From the IMG/VR virus record IMGVR_UViG_3300030330_004305: a stretch of DNA of 55,027 nucleotides. One strand, 5' to 3'. A model generated the notes under the pieces. It saw nothing but the letters and a program-made list of their open reading frames with translations, did not search any database and had not been told where the DNA came from. A program made the translations under genes and the position numbers. Below, one piece after another: positions 30,001-38,327 of the stretch. The stretch is from an uncultured virus (IMG/VR IMGVR_UViG_3300030330_004305). Its lineage: Duplodnaviria; Heunggongvirae; Uroviricota; Caudoviricetes. Positions within the stretch are counted from its first letter, which is position 1; each line of letters begins with the position of its first letter.

Positions 30001-33000
30001 CCAGCCCCCAAAGCTCTAGCTGTTACTTTTCTTTGAGCACCAACACTAACAAGATCGTCTGCAATCTGTGCTCTTCTAATCTGCAATGTTCGCTCTGCTT
30101 TGCTTGCATCAATAGCGGAAAGACTAACTTTTTCAATTCGTGGACCAAGTGTATCTAGTGAATCTTGAAGCTTTATTATAGTATTTCCAGCAACACCGCT
30201 TTTTATTGCCAAACCTAAATCTGTATATTGAGTTTTAGCAAAATCAATAATTCTGCCGATTTGATTAAACTCTTGACCAATTTTACCCAATCCAATATTA
30301 AGCCCCGTAATATTTCCAGAAATCTTGTTAAAAGCCTTTGGAAGAGTGAACAATTCTTTTCTAACTTTTTCTAGCCCTGCTAAATCGAGACTCTTGCCAG
30401 CAGAACCCAAAGAGGTTATGGTTGCTTTGCCACCGGGAATATTTCCAGCACGTATATTTTTTATAGCGTCCGTTACTTCTTCAAGGGGATTCAAGCCTTG
30501 TGGGTTTATAGCAAAAGAACCTGTAGGAGTTTGCAAAAGAGAAGCCCCTGCCGCTTCTGCCGCATCCCTTTTGCCTCTAACCCTAAAGAATTTTTCAAGT
30601 AGATTTCCTCTGACATTTCTGGCATCTTTAACAACCTTTGCTATACCCCTTCTCTTTCCTAATGCCTTCAACAAATCATCTTGTGTTTCTAATACTGGTA
30701 GTGTTTTAGAAGCAGCTTTTCTATAAGCCGCTTGTTTTTTGAATAATTTATCAATCGTTGAGGTTGTGGCATTTCTTTGTGCAGTTAATTTATTAACTAA
30801 ATTGCTTTGTTGTGTAAAATTAGCGTTAGCTCCAACTATTTCCACATCAAGTGCAGCTATTTTGCCTTTTAATTCTTTTGAGCGTTTTCCTAAAGCTCTA
30901 AAAGTTTGAACATTATTTTTAAAGTTGCGTCCAACTTGAACCAAAGTTTTGAATTGTTCCTTAACTCCAGCAAATGCTTCTCCAACAGTGGCAGTTGACA
31001 AGAATTTTAAAGCACCTCTTCCACCACCAGCAGCAGCACGACCACCAGCAGCGGAAGCACCAGCAGCAGCGGAAGCACCACCAGTTTTTGTACCACCAGC
31101 CGCACTAGCTGCGGCTATGTTTGTTTTTAGAAGTTTTCCGAATTCAGAGATTTCACCACTAAAAAATGCAAGAGTAAGTGCAGCATTTAGCAAGCTATCT
31201 CGAAAAGCCTCTGTACTTGAAGTATCAATTCCACTTGCAGCAAACCCTACTCCAGTACCAAGAGATAAGGCTCTTCCGGGGTCTTGCCTTATTGTTGTGC
31301 CTATTCCTCCTATAATTCCACCAACTCCAGCCCTTTGTCTTCTTTTTTCTATTGCCCTCATAGAAGAAGCAGGAAGAACAAAAGTTCCAGCAGCTAGGTT
31401 AGTTTTTATACTATCAGAAGTTCCCGTACCCGGACCAACAACATCTTCAATAGGTAAAGTAGATACTGCATCTAATGCAGCACCAAATCCTTGTCTAGCT
31501 CTTTCTAATAATTTTAAATTTCCGCCCGCAAGTTTGGGGTCTACAAGACCTTCTCCATTTGATATTGCAACAGGAACCATTCCTTTACCGGGAATTTCCA
31601 TCCCATCAGCAGCAAAACTAAAGAATCCTGATCCACCAATTGAATTTTTAGATAAATAATCTGCTGTTTTTTTGTAAATGGACTTAACATTTGATTCTGA
31701 TAAACTTCTTTTTGCATCTGCGGCTCTTAAATTTTTTAATGATTCTACATTACCTCCAAAAAAGTCACCTAGAGATTCAAAATCTATTCCAGAACCCTTT
31801 TCAAATAGAAAGTCAAATGTAGCCTCAGAGCTTTGTGGTTGAAAATTACCTACTGCTGCAATTATACCTTCTAGTAAATATCCCTGTATTGCTGCTCTAG
31901 CGGAGTTGATTCTACCATCCGGGTCGTTCTTGAACAAAGGCCCAACTGATCTTTCTATATCAGCAGGAGATAATTTTAAATTACCACCACCTATTCTTAA
32001 AGAAGGAGAATCTAATGCTTTTTCTAAAGCAAGATCCATTCCTTGTCTTGCAGCCGCTGTTGTTTCTTCATCTATGCCTTTTCTTATATCTGCGTCACTG
32101 GCAACAAATCTAGAAGTTAAACCTCTAACTGCAACGCTAGTAATTGGTTCAGGCACTACTGCCGCTGCTGCTGCCGCTGGTGCTTTTAAAGCATTATTTC
32201 TTTGTGTAATTAACTTTTTGCGTTGAGAAGGTGTAGCATCCACGCCTTTTGGAATAGGTGCTGAATCACTTGCTACGAATGCATCAAAGTCTTTCCGACT
32301 AACGTTTTTCAATACGCCTTGCCCAAAAGTATAACTACCAAGCTTGTTTGGATCTCTTTTTTGCTGTGGTGGGTCTTCTGTAGCTTTTCCTTTTATAGTA
32401 CCCGATTTTAAAGCACTGTTAGCTTTATCAATGAGTCTTTTTTGAACCCTTTTTTGTTTATTTATAATACCCGCAGAACCTATATTTTCAACACTATCTC
32501 CAGCTTCAGGAGGAGTTAAAAATAATCCACCAAATTTTCCATCAGCAAGATTAAGAAAAACTTTACCTCCACCTTTCATCCTCTTTCTTTTGTAAGCTCT
32601 TCCGCCTCCGGGGAATGATTGCCTGACATCTTTTTTGGGTATAACAGCTTCTCCACCTTCAAGAAGTGCAAGAACACCACCTTGTGCATGTGAAGGTCCG
32701 TCAACAAAACCACCTTTTCCAAACTTTGGAATTTTACCACCAGCAGCACGCCTTCTTCTTCCACCAATAGGAATAGCACCGCCACCAATAGATGCTCTTA
32801 ATTGAGAAGGCAAAGCCTTGAGAGCACCTATCAAAGCTGTGGCTTGCCTGTTTAAATTAGCAGCATTTGTATTAAGATTTGTTGAAGTTGATTGCAACGA
32901 TTTGATAGAAGTGTCTAATGCCTTTAATGCTGTAGTATTGGCATTTAAAGATGTAACATTTTTCTGTGCTACAGAGGTTGCTTGTTTTGTTGCAGCAACT

Positions 33001-34619
33001 GATGCTGCGTCATCTTTTGTGCCACCTGTCAATGCACCAGCTATACCGCCCCCAACCCCTTCTGCTCCACCACCTTTTCTTATTCCGCCTATAAAACCTT
33101 GTGCAAATTTAAAAACACCACCAGTTAATTTTACAGCGGCTATTGCTGTTATTGCAGGTAAAATTGGTCTTAATGCATCAGCAAGTGTTATAAAAGCATT
33201 AGCAGCACCTATAGCAAATTTAGCAAGATTTTGGAATGTTCCTGATTGACTAACATCACGAATAAGTTTTCCAAATCTTTGTTGCAATTGTTCTATTTGC
33301 ACACTAAGTGTTTGTGTTGCAATTGCGACATCTTTTGTTATGCTTGAGGTTCCACGCAATGCCTCTTGCCTTGCACGCTCTGCTTTCTCAAAGTTTCTAA
33401 GTGCTGGCAATAATTTACCAACTTGACGAACGCCACCAAGCTCTTCAACAAGTCTAGCTGTAGATAAAGTATCAAGGGTTTTTGAAGCAGCAGATATTCT
33501 TTTAAGTGCCTCAAAAATACCTATAAAATCGCCTTCTGCAACACCAAGCCTTTTAGCATCTACCGCTGTCGCCTTTAATTGAACACCAAACTGCTTTAAG
33601 AACTCAATGGTTTGAGGTCTTTGAATACGTGTAAAAATTGTTCTCAAACCGGTTGCAATTGTATCAGCAGATTCACGAGTTGTTGATCTAACAGCCGTAA
33701 AGATACCAATCAATTCACGTAATCTTTCCTCTGGTGCTCCAAGTTGTTGACTAGAAGCAGCAAATACACCACCAGCACGACGAATTACAGAGATCAAATC
33801 GTCAGCTTCGACAGCAAACCTTTTAGAAACTTGGTTCAATGATCCCAAAATAGATTCTAGTCTATCAGCACCTATACCAAACTGGTTCAATGCAGCAATA
33901 GCACCTTCAGTAGTTTGCTTTATATCTCCAAAAGTTGGTGCTAAAGAAGCTCTTGCCACTGCCTTTAGAGATTTTTCTACTTGAGTAAGAGATTGACCAG
34001 TCTGTGCAAATGTTCGTGCAATATCCAAAAGCTCATTAGCATTCAATCCAAGGCTTGTAGATAATCCATCTATAGTAGTCTTCAGACCGGAGAGGTCTCT
34101 ACCAACTTTGCCCGTGACCTGTGTAATTTTTGCAAGCTCACGTTCAAACTTTATAGCTTCGCCTGTTGCTTGACTGACTGCTCTTGTAAAACCAAATATT
34201 ACGCCAGTTGCGATAGAAAACGCAGCAAATCGACGAACAGCAAGTGCTGCGTCTTTACCAAACGCTTGAATTTCACTTCCAGCAATATTAGCTGCCTTGG
34301 CTGTTTTATCCAAGCTCTTATTTATCTGGTTTGTTGCAGAAGTAACTTTATTTGAGGCAGCAGCAACTCCAGATCCAGACGCAGCAAGACTTTTTAATTG
34401 AGATGAGGTTCCTTTGGCGGTAGCATTTAATTTTCTTAAATTGCTGTTTAAAGTATTCAATTGCTTGTCTATATTTGTAAGACCAGCCAATGAGCCTTTA
34501 TCTACCTTAACTCTCACAGGAACACTGATATTAGAAAGCTGTTTTTGTATACTGCTTCTAACTTTTGCAATGTTTTTTGGACCGCTAAGTACTACAGCCG
34601 CATTAATATTAAATGACAT
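24015..34619 (-). CDS. tail tape measure protein (3534 aa)
   Basis: N-terminal TP901-like TMP core (AIKFERELAKITQVTG, RESADTIATGLRTIFTRI), long Ala/Gly-rich helical regions, GPGTGTSDSI motif. Confidence 0.92.
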   Translation of the reverse strand: MSFNINAAVVLSGPKNIAKVRSSIQKQLSNISVPVRVKVDKGSLAGLTNIDKQLNTLNSNLRKLNATAKGTSSQLKSLAASGSGVAAASNKVTSATNQINKSLDKTAKAANIAGSEIQAFGKDAALAVRRFAAFSIATGVIFGFTRAVSQATGEAIKFERELAKITQVTGKVGRDLSGLKTTIDGLSTSLGLNANELLDIARTFAQTGQSLTQVEKSLKAVARASLAPTFGDIKQTTEGAIAALNQFGIGADRLESILGSLNQVSKRFAVEADDLISVIRRAGGVFAASSQQLGAPEERLRELIGIFTAVRSTTRESADTIATGLRTIFTRIQRPQTIEFLKQFGVQLKATAVDAKRLGVAEGDFIGIFEALKRISAASKTLDTLSTARLVEELGGVRQVGKLLPALRNFEKAERARQEALRGTSSITKDVAIATQTLSVQIEQLQQRFGKLIRDVSQSGTFQNLAKFAIGAANAFITLADALRPILPAITAIAAVKLTGGVFKFAQGFIGGIRKGGGAEGVGGGIAGALTGGTKDDAASVAATKQATSVAQKNVTSLNANTTALKALDTSIKSLQSTSTNLNTNAANLNRQATALIGALKALPSQLRASIGGGAIPIGGRRRRAAGGKIPKFGKGGFVDGPSHAQGGVLALLEGGEAVIPKKDVRQSFPGGGRAYKRKRMKGGGKVFLNLADGKFGGLFLTPPEAGDSVENIGSAGIINKQKRVQKRLIDKANSALKSGTIKGKATEDPPQQKRDPNKLGSYTFGQGVLKNVSRKDFDAFVASDSAPIPKGVDATPSQRKKLITQRNNALKAPAAAAAAVVPEPITSVAVRGLTSRFVASDADIRKGIDEETTAAARQGMDLALEKALDSPSLRIGGGNLKLSPADIERSVGPLFKNDPDGRINSARAAIQGYLLEGIIAAVGNFQPQSSEATFDFLFEKGSGIDFESLGDFFGGNVESLKNLRAADAKRSLSESNVKSIYKKTADYLSKNSIGGSGFFSFAADGMEIPGKGMVPVAISNGEGLVDPKLAGGNLKLLERARQGFGAALDAVSTLPIEDVVGPGTGTSDSIKTNLAAGTFVLPASSMRAIEKRRQRAGVGGIIGGIGTTIRQDPGRALSLGTGVGFAASGIDTSSTEAFRDSLLNAALTLAFFSGEISEFGKLLKTNIAAASAAGGTKTGGASAAAGASAAGGRAAAGGGRGALKFLSTATVGEAFAGVKEQFKTLVQVGRNFKNNVQTFRALGKRSKELKGKIAALDVEIVGANANFTQQSNLVNKLTAQRNATTSTIDKLFKKQAAYRKAASKTLPVLETQDDLLKALGKRRGIAKVVKDARNVRGNLLEKFFRVRGKRDAAEAAGASLLQTPTGSFAINPQGLNPLEEVTDAIKNIRAGNIPGGKATITSLGSAGKSLDLAGLEKVRKELFTLPKAFNKISGNITGLNIGLGKIGQEFNQIGRIIDFAKTQYTDLGLAIKSGVAGNTIIKLQDSLDTLGPRIEKVSLSAIDASKAERTLQIRRAQIADDLVSVGAQRKVTARALGAGGRGLRNLAVGAAARSASLGGRAAGAIASPFRSIGRAFSEGGLRGGARAIATSPLVNPISGFKAAGTGLRAAIASGFKSARGGITKSFDEGVRNFNAGRAKAIKKEAVQAFKAAGGTVTRTGARQLTATGGDKAARQALRQSFAEAGEIAAKGGTRAGARAALAGAANVGTKGLVGGAKLLGGPGGIAALVASLVGDPIVEGISKAAVGARKEIAGISGFTAAQGGQGQAQLVGGAKGAIQGASIGASIGLMTGPLAPVLAPLLAVLGGAGGAAIGAATAGRDQARFESVEKAQQSGDRLAEVLDRLAGEGINNVKVLNQVSAASSRLNNQIIQTANDLDRLQGAQGIREAGGFGSEFTATIFGAFEGLGAGIGTETTFFGKVEAAFDNLAVATGGLSTVFTSTAAGFAAGSVFGGIAGSVSGIANREQALQTATNRRDARLGAASVLGGRQSLATSLAAVDDEVFAKAGENFDRLGQTIIDSIPLENLGEIASLGIDASFGDLTKALKEAGDGSDKFAAQLQAFAQLQGTVIAGDLKKLDARLQGAAGEDQGLQKLFSATTNAGASFLSSFQRSGGDSDVAQATAGREFIKQLNSLRTAQSRGRGETIESLLGGTRDFAELSKLFDDAAEGSAEAEQKLARLANAIQGVDEDATSSRQSLQIATDSFRAFTDAASKGAAANLAAAAKQRLVNQILLDSQKSVDALAQALSTLATGIEGAVATFATVVSNVDQQIASILSTQQSVQGLNRGNIFDNVQGASKAELGAGVERVRAAVGGDPADFADFTDTIKLGDALPQALKDTIDGLRKNVDQISFVEFQDALKKRLEQDVDFGNLSGVVKSQFDNLLEATFAGTRQTDKLGAEQFTSLLEQTGGLEQFSELAAKSVEAFQRSINALNQFENALLKTADLQVQANRQIVDAEIKILQKREQINDRFARFTIGGTGGIAGAQARTQAEVGTLLNAAGAGNRALAIGGTGPADLLDRRSQLEQNIKDVLDQIGQRAEIDPTDTVALASLDKDEFQPLLDKLADNTSALEGTKQAIDLLSDDTRTLASVEGELAAINSQRLSERQRLQAGLQRASSARTPQEFNKIVNELQRPFIAASKLASGQQLNLQEGAALQQDLLSGNTGIVANAFRQQNPGATEDDVSAFIEKSLANFQIGGQNFFRGAGMGADAVGAVFGAADGPGATVRGEGEKEKGLLSLKDQILADQEALIKGTAEQNANAIRDREQLLRTELDATKAKLLETGDAFAELRRKQEELIESTLIAAQQLEGAKAKDEAAQAEKKAADLKASQASNAAAIDAAERAQKADAKPRIATRSALGSVIADIDAGTSDRGGEGIKNELAIAEGRAGGVGQEDFFQLLQDRTRQGGSFIGQAVSATNIEKAFGIDDAGFGGSLFNVNASFQNLEQSDVAKRSRQQVLKNIAQTVAGGKLGENEEADRIFENLRTALETSMDSGVASFTEGDKGIQTQTVSGVGDFSKVIERIITAELRKADAASGAPVKLTTATGEEREFALGSQELKDFQAQQTQDVTKADTEAADANKRLQETQAKIEASKKQAADAKAAADAKPEPAPAKAAAGAKAAADAKPESATPGPAERAERQRQAERDKKIQEFNKSQEGKFDDIDLGPPVVSDEDRARLRAEGEAADQAKIDDAREKDRANAAARQQPAAKAAVGNLKAPSGRFAGTGTTFETLEGIREGKSLQEFRESVGSDSAEKFFAERKDRKARAKQAAAEARDPRKRTRRLAEEEKRASVLSRQRARLQEAGGSLSEQESGELGTLKDIREQFEGRDAFKQFRETVGDENADKFLELNKRQTLGQSVIRAGGQIPQAAGQTPENIAAQQQQEAAQLNKQQNTAKAKQITQEQTDLKKNQQLQQQKQQQQQQEIQQAPTAAATQDPTAKFVQAVEMLNTSTFATELLAAATKLESLPDINITLNSEPIDVNVILNGGQLLAEFRKEFQDQIFDEVANQIAANNSNIDGGQPVV
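25215..25302. repeat. 31-bp direct repeat (25215-25245 and 25272-25302) encoding AKAAADAKPE in the TMP
   Basis: ttcaggcttggcatcggctgctgctttcgca occurs twice, 57 bp apart. Confidence 0.9.
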
Positions 34620-34635
34620 TTTGCTACCCCATAAG

Positions 34636-34690
34636 CAAAAAGCGACCCTTCTCGAAACAAGTTATCATTTCAAGTAAAAAGGTCGCTTAT
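34636..34690 (-). terminator. long hairpin/terminator-like element upstream of the tape measure gene
   Basis: Minus strand AAGCGACCTT...AAGGGTCGCTT followed by TTTG; extended imperfect stem. Confidence 0.55.
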
Positions 34691-34703
34691 CCGAGTGTTA
34701 CAC

Positions 34704-35603
34704 CTAAGCACTTGCTTCGGCTTTTTTACGTGTCCGTCTTTTTGGCTTTGGTTTTTCTTCTTCTGGTTTTGGTGTGTCAGAATAATCCGATTCATCAATC
34801 AATTTACCAGAATCATCTAAGAAGCCTTCAAATTCAACTTCAAAATCACCATCATCATTAAGTGGTCTTCCATTCACATCAACTTTTACAAATTCAGTAT
34901 CAGAAGTCCACTTTATATAATTTCCAAATTCATCAATATGTTTTCCCTCGGTATCAACAAGTTTTCCACTATCATCAACAAGGTTATAATCTTCATTAGC
35001 AAACTTGTATTTCTTCAAAAACTTATTTTCTGCAAGCTTAGAATCTACATCATCTGAATCAGAAATAAGGTAGAAAAACTCAGTTGCACCTACTGCTGCT
35101 ACCGGACTGTCCTGATTTAGCAGGTAATCGCCCAGACCATTCTTGAAAAACTGCTCGTCCGTATCATTATACACCAAGCAGTTGGCAAAAAGGAAATTAA
35201 ACCTTACCGAATCGGCCTTTCCTTCGCAGGTATTTGAATCCAAATCTGTTCTAGAAGACAGCATTTCGACCATCTCTGCTCTCTTTCTACGCATAGATAT
35301 AGCTATTTCTTTTGCATCAGATAGTGAAATACCACCTTTGGCAAGTTTATATTCACCATCAATAACTTCTTGTCTTAGAATTTGATATCTTGATTCTCTG
35401 TCATCAGACCATAACTTACGCTTTCTAAGCTCTTCATCAAGCTGATCTCTCAGCATTGTTCCAGCAGCAAGCTCCTCATTGAAGGTCTTTCTTCTCATTT
35501 CATTTGCTTTTGTAAGTTCTTGCATAGTTGGTCTTCTGACTGCATATTTAACACCATCAACCTCAAAAACTCTACGATCTTCTAATTTTTCAACTTTAGG
35601 CAT
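34704..35603 (-). CDS. putative tail assembly chaperone
   Basis: Between tail tube and TMP; VDGVKYAVRRPT N-terminus; GGAG RBS. Confidence 0.55.
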   Translation of the reverse strand: MPKVEKLEDRRVFEVDGVKYAVRRPTMQELTKANEMRRKTFNEELAAGTMLRDQLDEELRKRKLWSDDRESRYQILRQEVIDGEYKLAKGGISLSDAKEIAISMRRKRAEMVEMLSSRTDLDSNTCEGKADSVRFNFLFANCLVYNDTDEQFFKNGLGDYLLNQDSPVAAVGATEFFYLISDSDDVDSKLAENKFLKKYKFANEDYNLVDDSGKLVDTEGKHIDEFGNYIKWTSDTEFVKVDVNGRPLNDDGDFEVEFEGFLDDSGKLIDESDYSDTPKPEEEKPKPKRRTRKKAEASA

Positions 35604-35615
35604 AACAATAACTCC

Positions 35616-35933
35616 TTATTTATCCTTTTCAGTTCCAGTAACATCAAAATTCATCACATAACGATTCCAATGAAAACTATATTGTGCTAACTCATTTTGT
35701 GCTGCTCTTAAATTAGAGCCGCCATTATCTAATATTTTTACTCTAGCCTTTTTCCAAAGTCTTCTTATATTCTTTTGTTGGTCTGTAAGGTCATCTACAG
35801 GTAAACCATGTCCCCAAAGATGCCCTAACTCTTCTTCAAAAACAGCCAATGACCCTATAATGGTTGTGTTGAATTTCTTTTCTAAATTATTAAATAATCT
35901 TTTTTTAGAAAATTCATTGTATTTTTCACTCAT
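35616..35933 (-). CDS. hypothetical protein (tail assembly region)
   Basis: ORF in operon context with AGGA RBS. Confidence 0.7.
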   Translation of the reverse strand: MSEKYNEFSKKRLFNNLEKKFNTTIIGSLAVFEEELGHLWGHGLPVDDLTDQQKNIRRLWKKARVKILDNGGSNLRAAQNELAQYSFHWNRYVMNFDVTGTEKDK

Positions 35934-35943
35934 AATTATTCCT

Positions 35944-37005
35944 TTACTTTTTAAATCTGTCAGCCATTTGTTTCATGGCTTGAGATTGAAGTTCCCTTTG
36001 GACATCCGGTAGTTCGTGTTCATCTAACCTACCTTTTTTCTGAAGAGCATCAGACCTCTGCCTCATTCTTATTCTTTCGTTTAAATCATTTACTCCTCTT
36101 ATTTTTTCTGCTTCCGATTTGCTTGATGCAACAACAAACATTTCTCCAGCACCACCGTCTTTATTGATACCCTTCTTATCAAGAATATCATCAAGCTCTT
36201 TTTTACTTCTTTCTTTTTCAGACTTCCTTCTTTGTTTTGCAAACCATCCGTCAAGCATGTCGTCATCTTTTATAACATCATCACTTGGTCTTTCTGGATG
36301 CTCATATACGTTATCATACATTTTAGAATACATTAAAAGTGCATTTTGATCACTAGAGTGTCCATCGGTTTCAGAAAAAATTTCAGTTCCATAAATAGAC
36401 CATCTACTTCTAAATGGTTCTGATCTTGCTATTTCTCTTTGCTCCTCTGGAGTTATTATATTGCTTGTAAGAAAGTTTAGAAATCTTTGAAGTACATAAT
36501 TATCAATTTTTGACCAATTTTCATAAGAATATACAAATTTGCCATTTGTGTCTCTTATCGTAGTAGCTATCAAGAACTCGTCTCTTGCGTTTTCAGCGTG
36601 ACTTTCTAAAGTAATATGGTCTAGTGAATATTTTTTTATAATACTTTTATTTATACCAGACCTTACTGAACTTATTCTTCTGCGAAGATTTTTCTTTTCT
36701 TTATCTTTGTAAAGAGCATCATACAATTGAATTTTAAGATCTTCTAAATATTTATTTAGCTTTTCTAACTCTTGATCATTTTGAGGAGTCCAGATCCCCT
36801 TTGAAGCAAGAAAATTTTTTGCTTGATTTCTAGTGATAAGCTCACTATATTTAGAGTTGTCTAGAGTTTCTCTATAGACAAGTTCAGACAATGCCCTTTG
36901 CTGTATTGTGGGCATAGATGTGTGATACAGGGTATTTTTTATATTAAGATATACAATCCCTGTTGTAATCCTATTTATGATGGAATTCTTTTTGTCGTCA
37001 TCCAT
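35944..37005 (-). CDS. putative tail assembly chaperone, paralog of 34704-35603
   Basis: Follows tail tube; shares PT...W...T-x-E-x2-A...FL-x-A pattern with the 299-aa ORF. Confidence 0.5.
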   Translation of the reverse strand: MDDDKKNSIINRITTGIVYLNIKNTLYHTSMPTIQQRALSELVYRETLDNSKYSELITRNQAKNFLASKGIWTPQNDQELEKLNKYLEDLKIQLYDALYKDKEKKNLRRRISSVRSGINKSIIKKYSLDHITLESHAENARDEFLIATTIRDTNGKFVYSYENWSKIDNYVLQRFLNFLTSNIITPEEQREIARSEPFRSRWSIYGTEIFSETDGHSSDQNALLMYSKMYDNVYEHPERPSDDVIKDDDMLDGWFAKQRRKSEKERSKKELDDILDKKGINKDGGAGEMFVVASSKSEAEKIRGVNDLNERIRMRQRSDALQKKGRLDEHELPDVQRELQSQAMKQMADRFKK

Positions 37006-37016
37006 ATCCTAAGTCC

Positions 37017-37053
37017 TAAAACTAATCGGGGGAAAGATTTCTCCCTCCCCCGA
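37017..37053 (-). terminator. intrinsic terminator-like hairpin after the major tail gene
   Basis: TCGGGGGA...TCCCCCGA stem (37026-37053) followed on the minus strand by TTAGTTTT. Confidence 0.65.
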
Positions 37054-37072
37054 AGAGTAATAATAATCTAAA

Positions 37073-38251
37073 TTATACAGCACCTTGGGTCAAAGCACCA
37101 AGATAATTTTTTCTTGCTGCCCACCAAGTTTGGCCTTGTGCATTAAAGTCATCACCTGAGTGAAGAACAGTAAAGTCGTTAAACGTTGTGTAAGAGTATG
37201 TCACAGTAACGTTTCCTCCACCGGCATCACCTCCTCCATAGGAAACGGAAGCAAGTTTGTTCTTTTCACCAAGATAAATTCTAGTACCTTCACAAGTAGC
37301 GATACGAATCTTTCTATCTGCAAGGTTATCTGGAGTTGCACAAAGTGCGGCATTACCACAATCGTCAAGTGCATTAACCAAGTCACCAGAGATCGAAGTC
37401 ACTTCGATGTCACATGTAACCTCAATTGGGAATGTGACAGCCTTGTAATAAGGGCTTCTAGCACCAAGCTCAAAAACTTCTTCACGAGCCAAGTCGGTAG
37501 ATACCGAAATGGATGCAACGTGAACAATACCAGATTTTACACCACTATTGCTAACGCCAAAAATATCAGCAGGAAGAATAGTATAGTCAGCATCTGCTGA
37601 TTTAGCAAGGGTATTTGCAAAGAACATGTTTTCTCTACGGTTTACACCACCAGAACCAATCGGTGCATCATTGTTGTCTTGGAAGTTTCCAGAAACTCCA
37701 GATGTTGCCCAAGAAGCATTACAAGTTTGACCGAGAGCATCTTTATTGTTATATGTACTCCATAGTTTGTTATTTCCAGCCAAGGTAATATCTTCCGAGA
37801 AGTTATCATCAAGAGGGAAGTTATAACCAAAACTGTTTACAGCCATACCTGACATTTCAACAAACAACGGTGGAACACCGCTAACCCCCTCTTGCGTTTC
37901 AGGCCAAATACCTAATTGAACACCACATTCTGCTGGTGCTCTTTTTGCAAGAGATGGGCCGGTAAGGTCTGCACCCAACTTGTCCGTAGATGTAGCAAGA
38001 CACCAAAGCAACGGATAACCGTCAAGAACTTTAGACATCGTTACTTCAACACTCGGAATACCTTCAATGTTTTCATATATAGCCAATTGACCCAGTTCAA
38101 AAGCTTGTTCAAGATTGAACGTTGTAGTGATTCCGATAGACTGAACACCATGAGCTTCTCTAGCGGCACTAGCACCAGAACCTGCTCCTGACTTCGGCTT
38201 TCGGAATGCTACCTGCTGCACTGGGTAGTAAATTCTATTATTAGCAGCCAT
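37073..38251 (-). CDS. major tail tube protein
   Basis: Position between tail completion genes and chaperones; internal duplication (QAFELGQ / EVFELGA); AGGAGA RBS; followed by hairpin. Confidence 0.7.
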   Translation of the reverse strand: MAANNRIYYPVQQVAFRKPKSGAGSGASAAREAHGVQSIGITTTFNLEQAFELGQLAIYENIEGIPSVEVTMSKVLDGYPLLWCLATSTDKLGADLTGPSLAKRAPAECGVQLGIWPETQEGVSGVPPLFVEMSGMAVNSFGYNFPLDDNFSEDITLAGNNKLWSTYNNKDALGQTCNASWATSGVSGNFQDNNDAPIGSGGVNRRENMFFANTLAKSADADYTILPADIFGVSNSGVKSGIVHVASISVSTDLAREEVFELGARSPYYKAVTFPIEVTCDIEVTSISGDLVNALDDCGNAALCATPDNLADRKIRIATCEGTRIYLGEKNKLASVSYGGGDAGGGNVTVTYSYTTFNDFTVLHSGDDFNAQGQTWWAARKNYLGALTQGAV

Positions 38252-38302
38252 TTTAATTTTTCTCCTAAAATTGAAAAAGTATTGTATTACCTTTTTTCTA
38301 AA

Positions 38303-38314
38303 AGAGAATACACC
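38303..38314 (-). promoter_or_regulatory. candidate late promoter GGTGTATTCT upstream of the tail tube gene
   Basis: Related GTGTA motifs recur at 34699-34704, 41574-41579 and 54885-54890 upstream of minus-strand starts. Confidence 0.4.
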
Positions 38315-38327
38315 ATTTTTACTAAGT

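Noticed and set aside
24305..34355. Numerous + strand ORFs of 60-236 aa opposite the tape measure gene
   Set aside because: Antisense shadows of Ala/Gly-rich codons; no RBS or recognisable motifs
35930..35960. Programmed frameshift at TTT AAA AAG TAA ending the 353-aa chaperone
   Set aside because: The -1 frame stops within a few codons. Only a +1/-2 shift would fuse to the next ORF, which has its own RBS and ATG.
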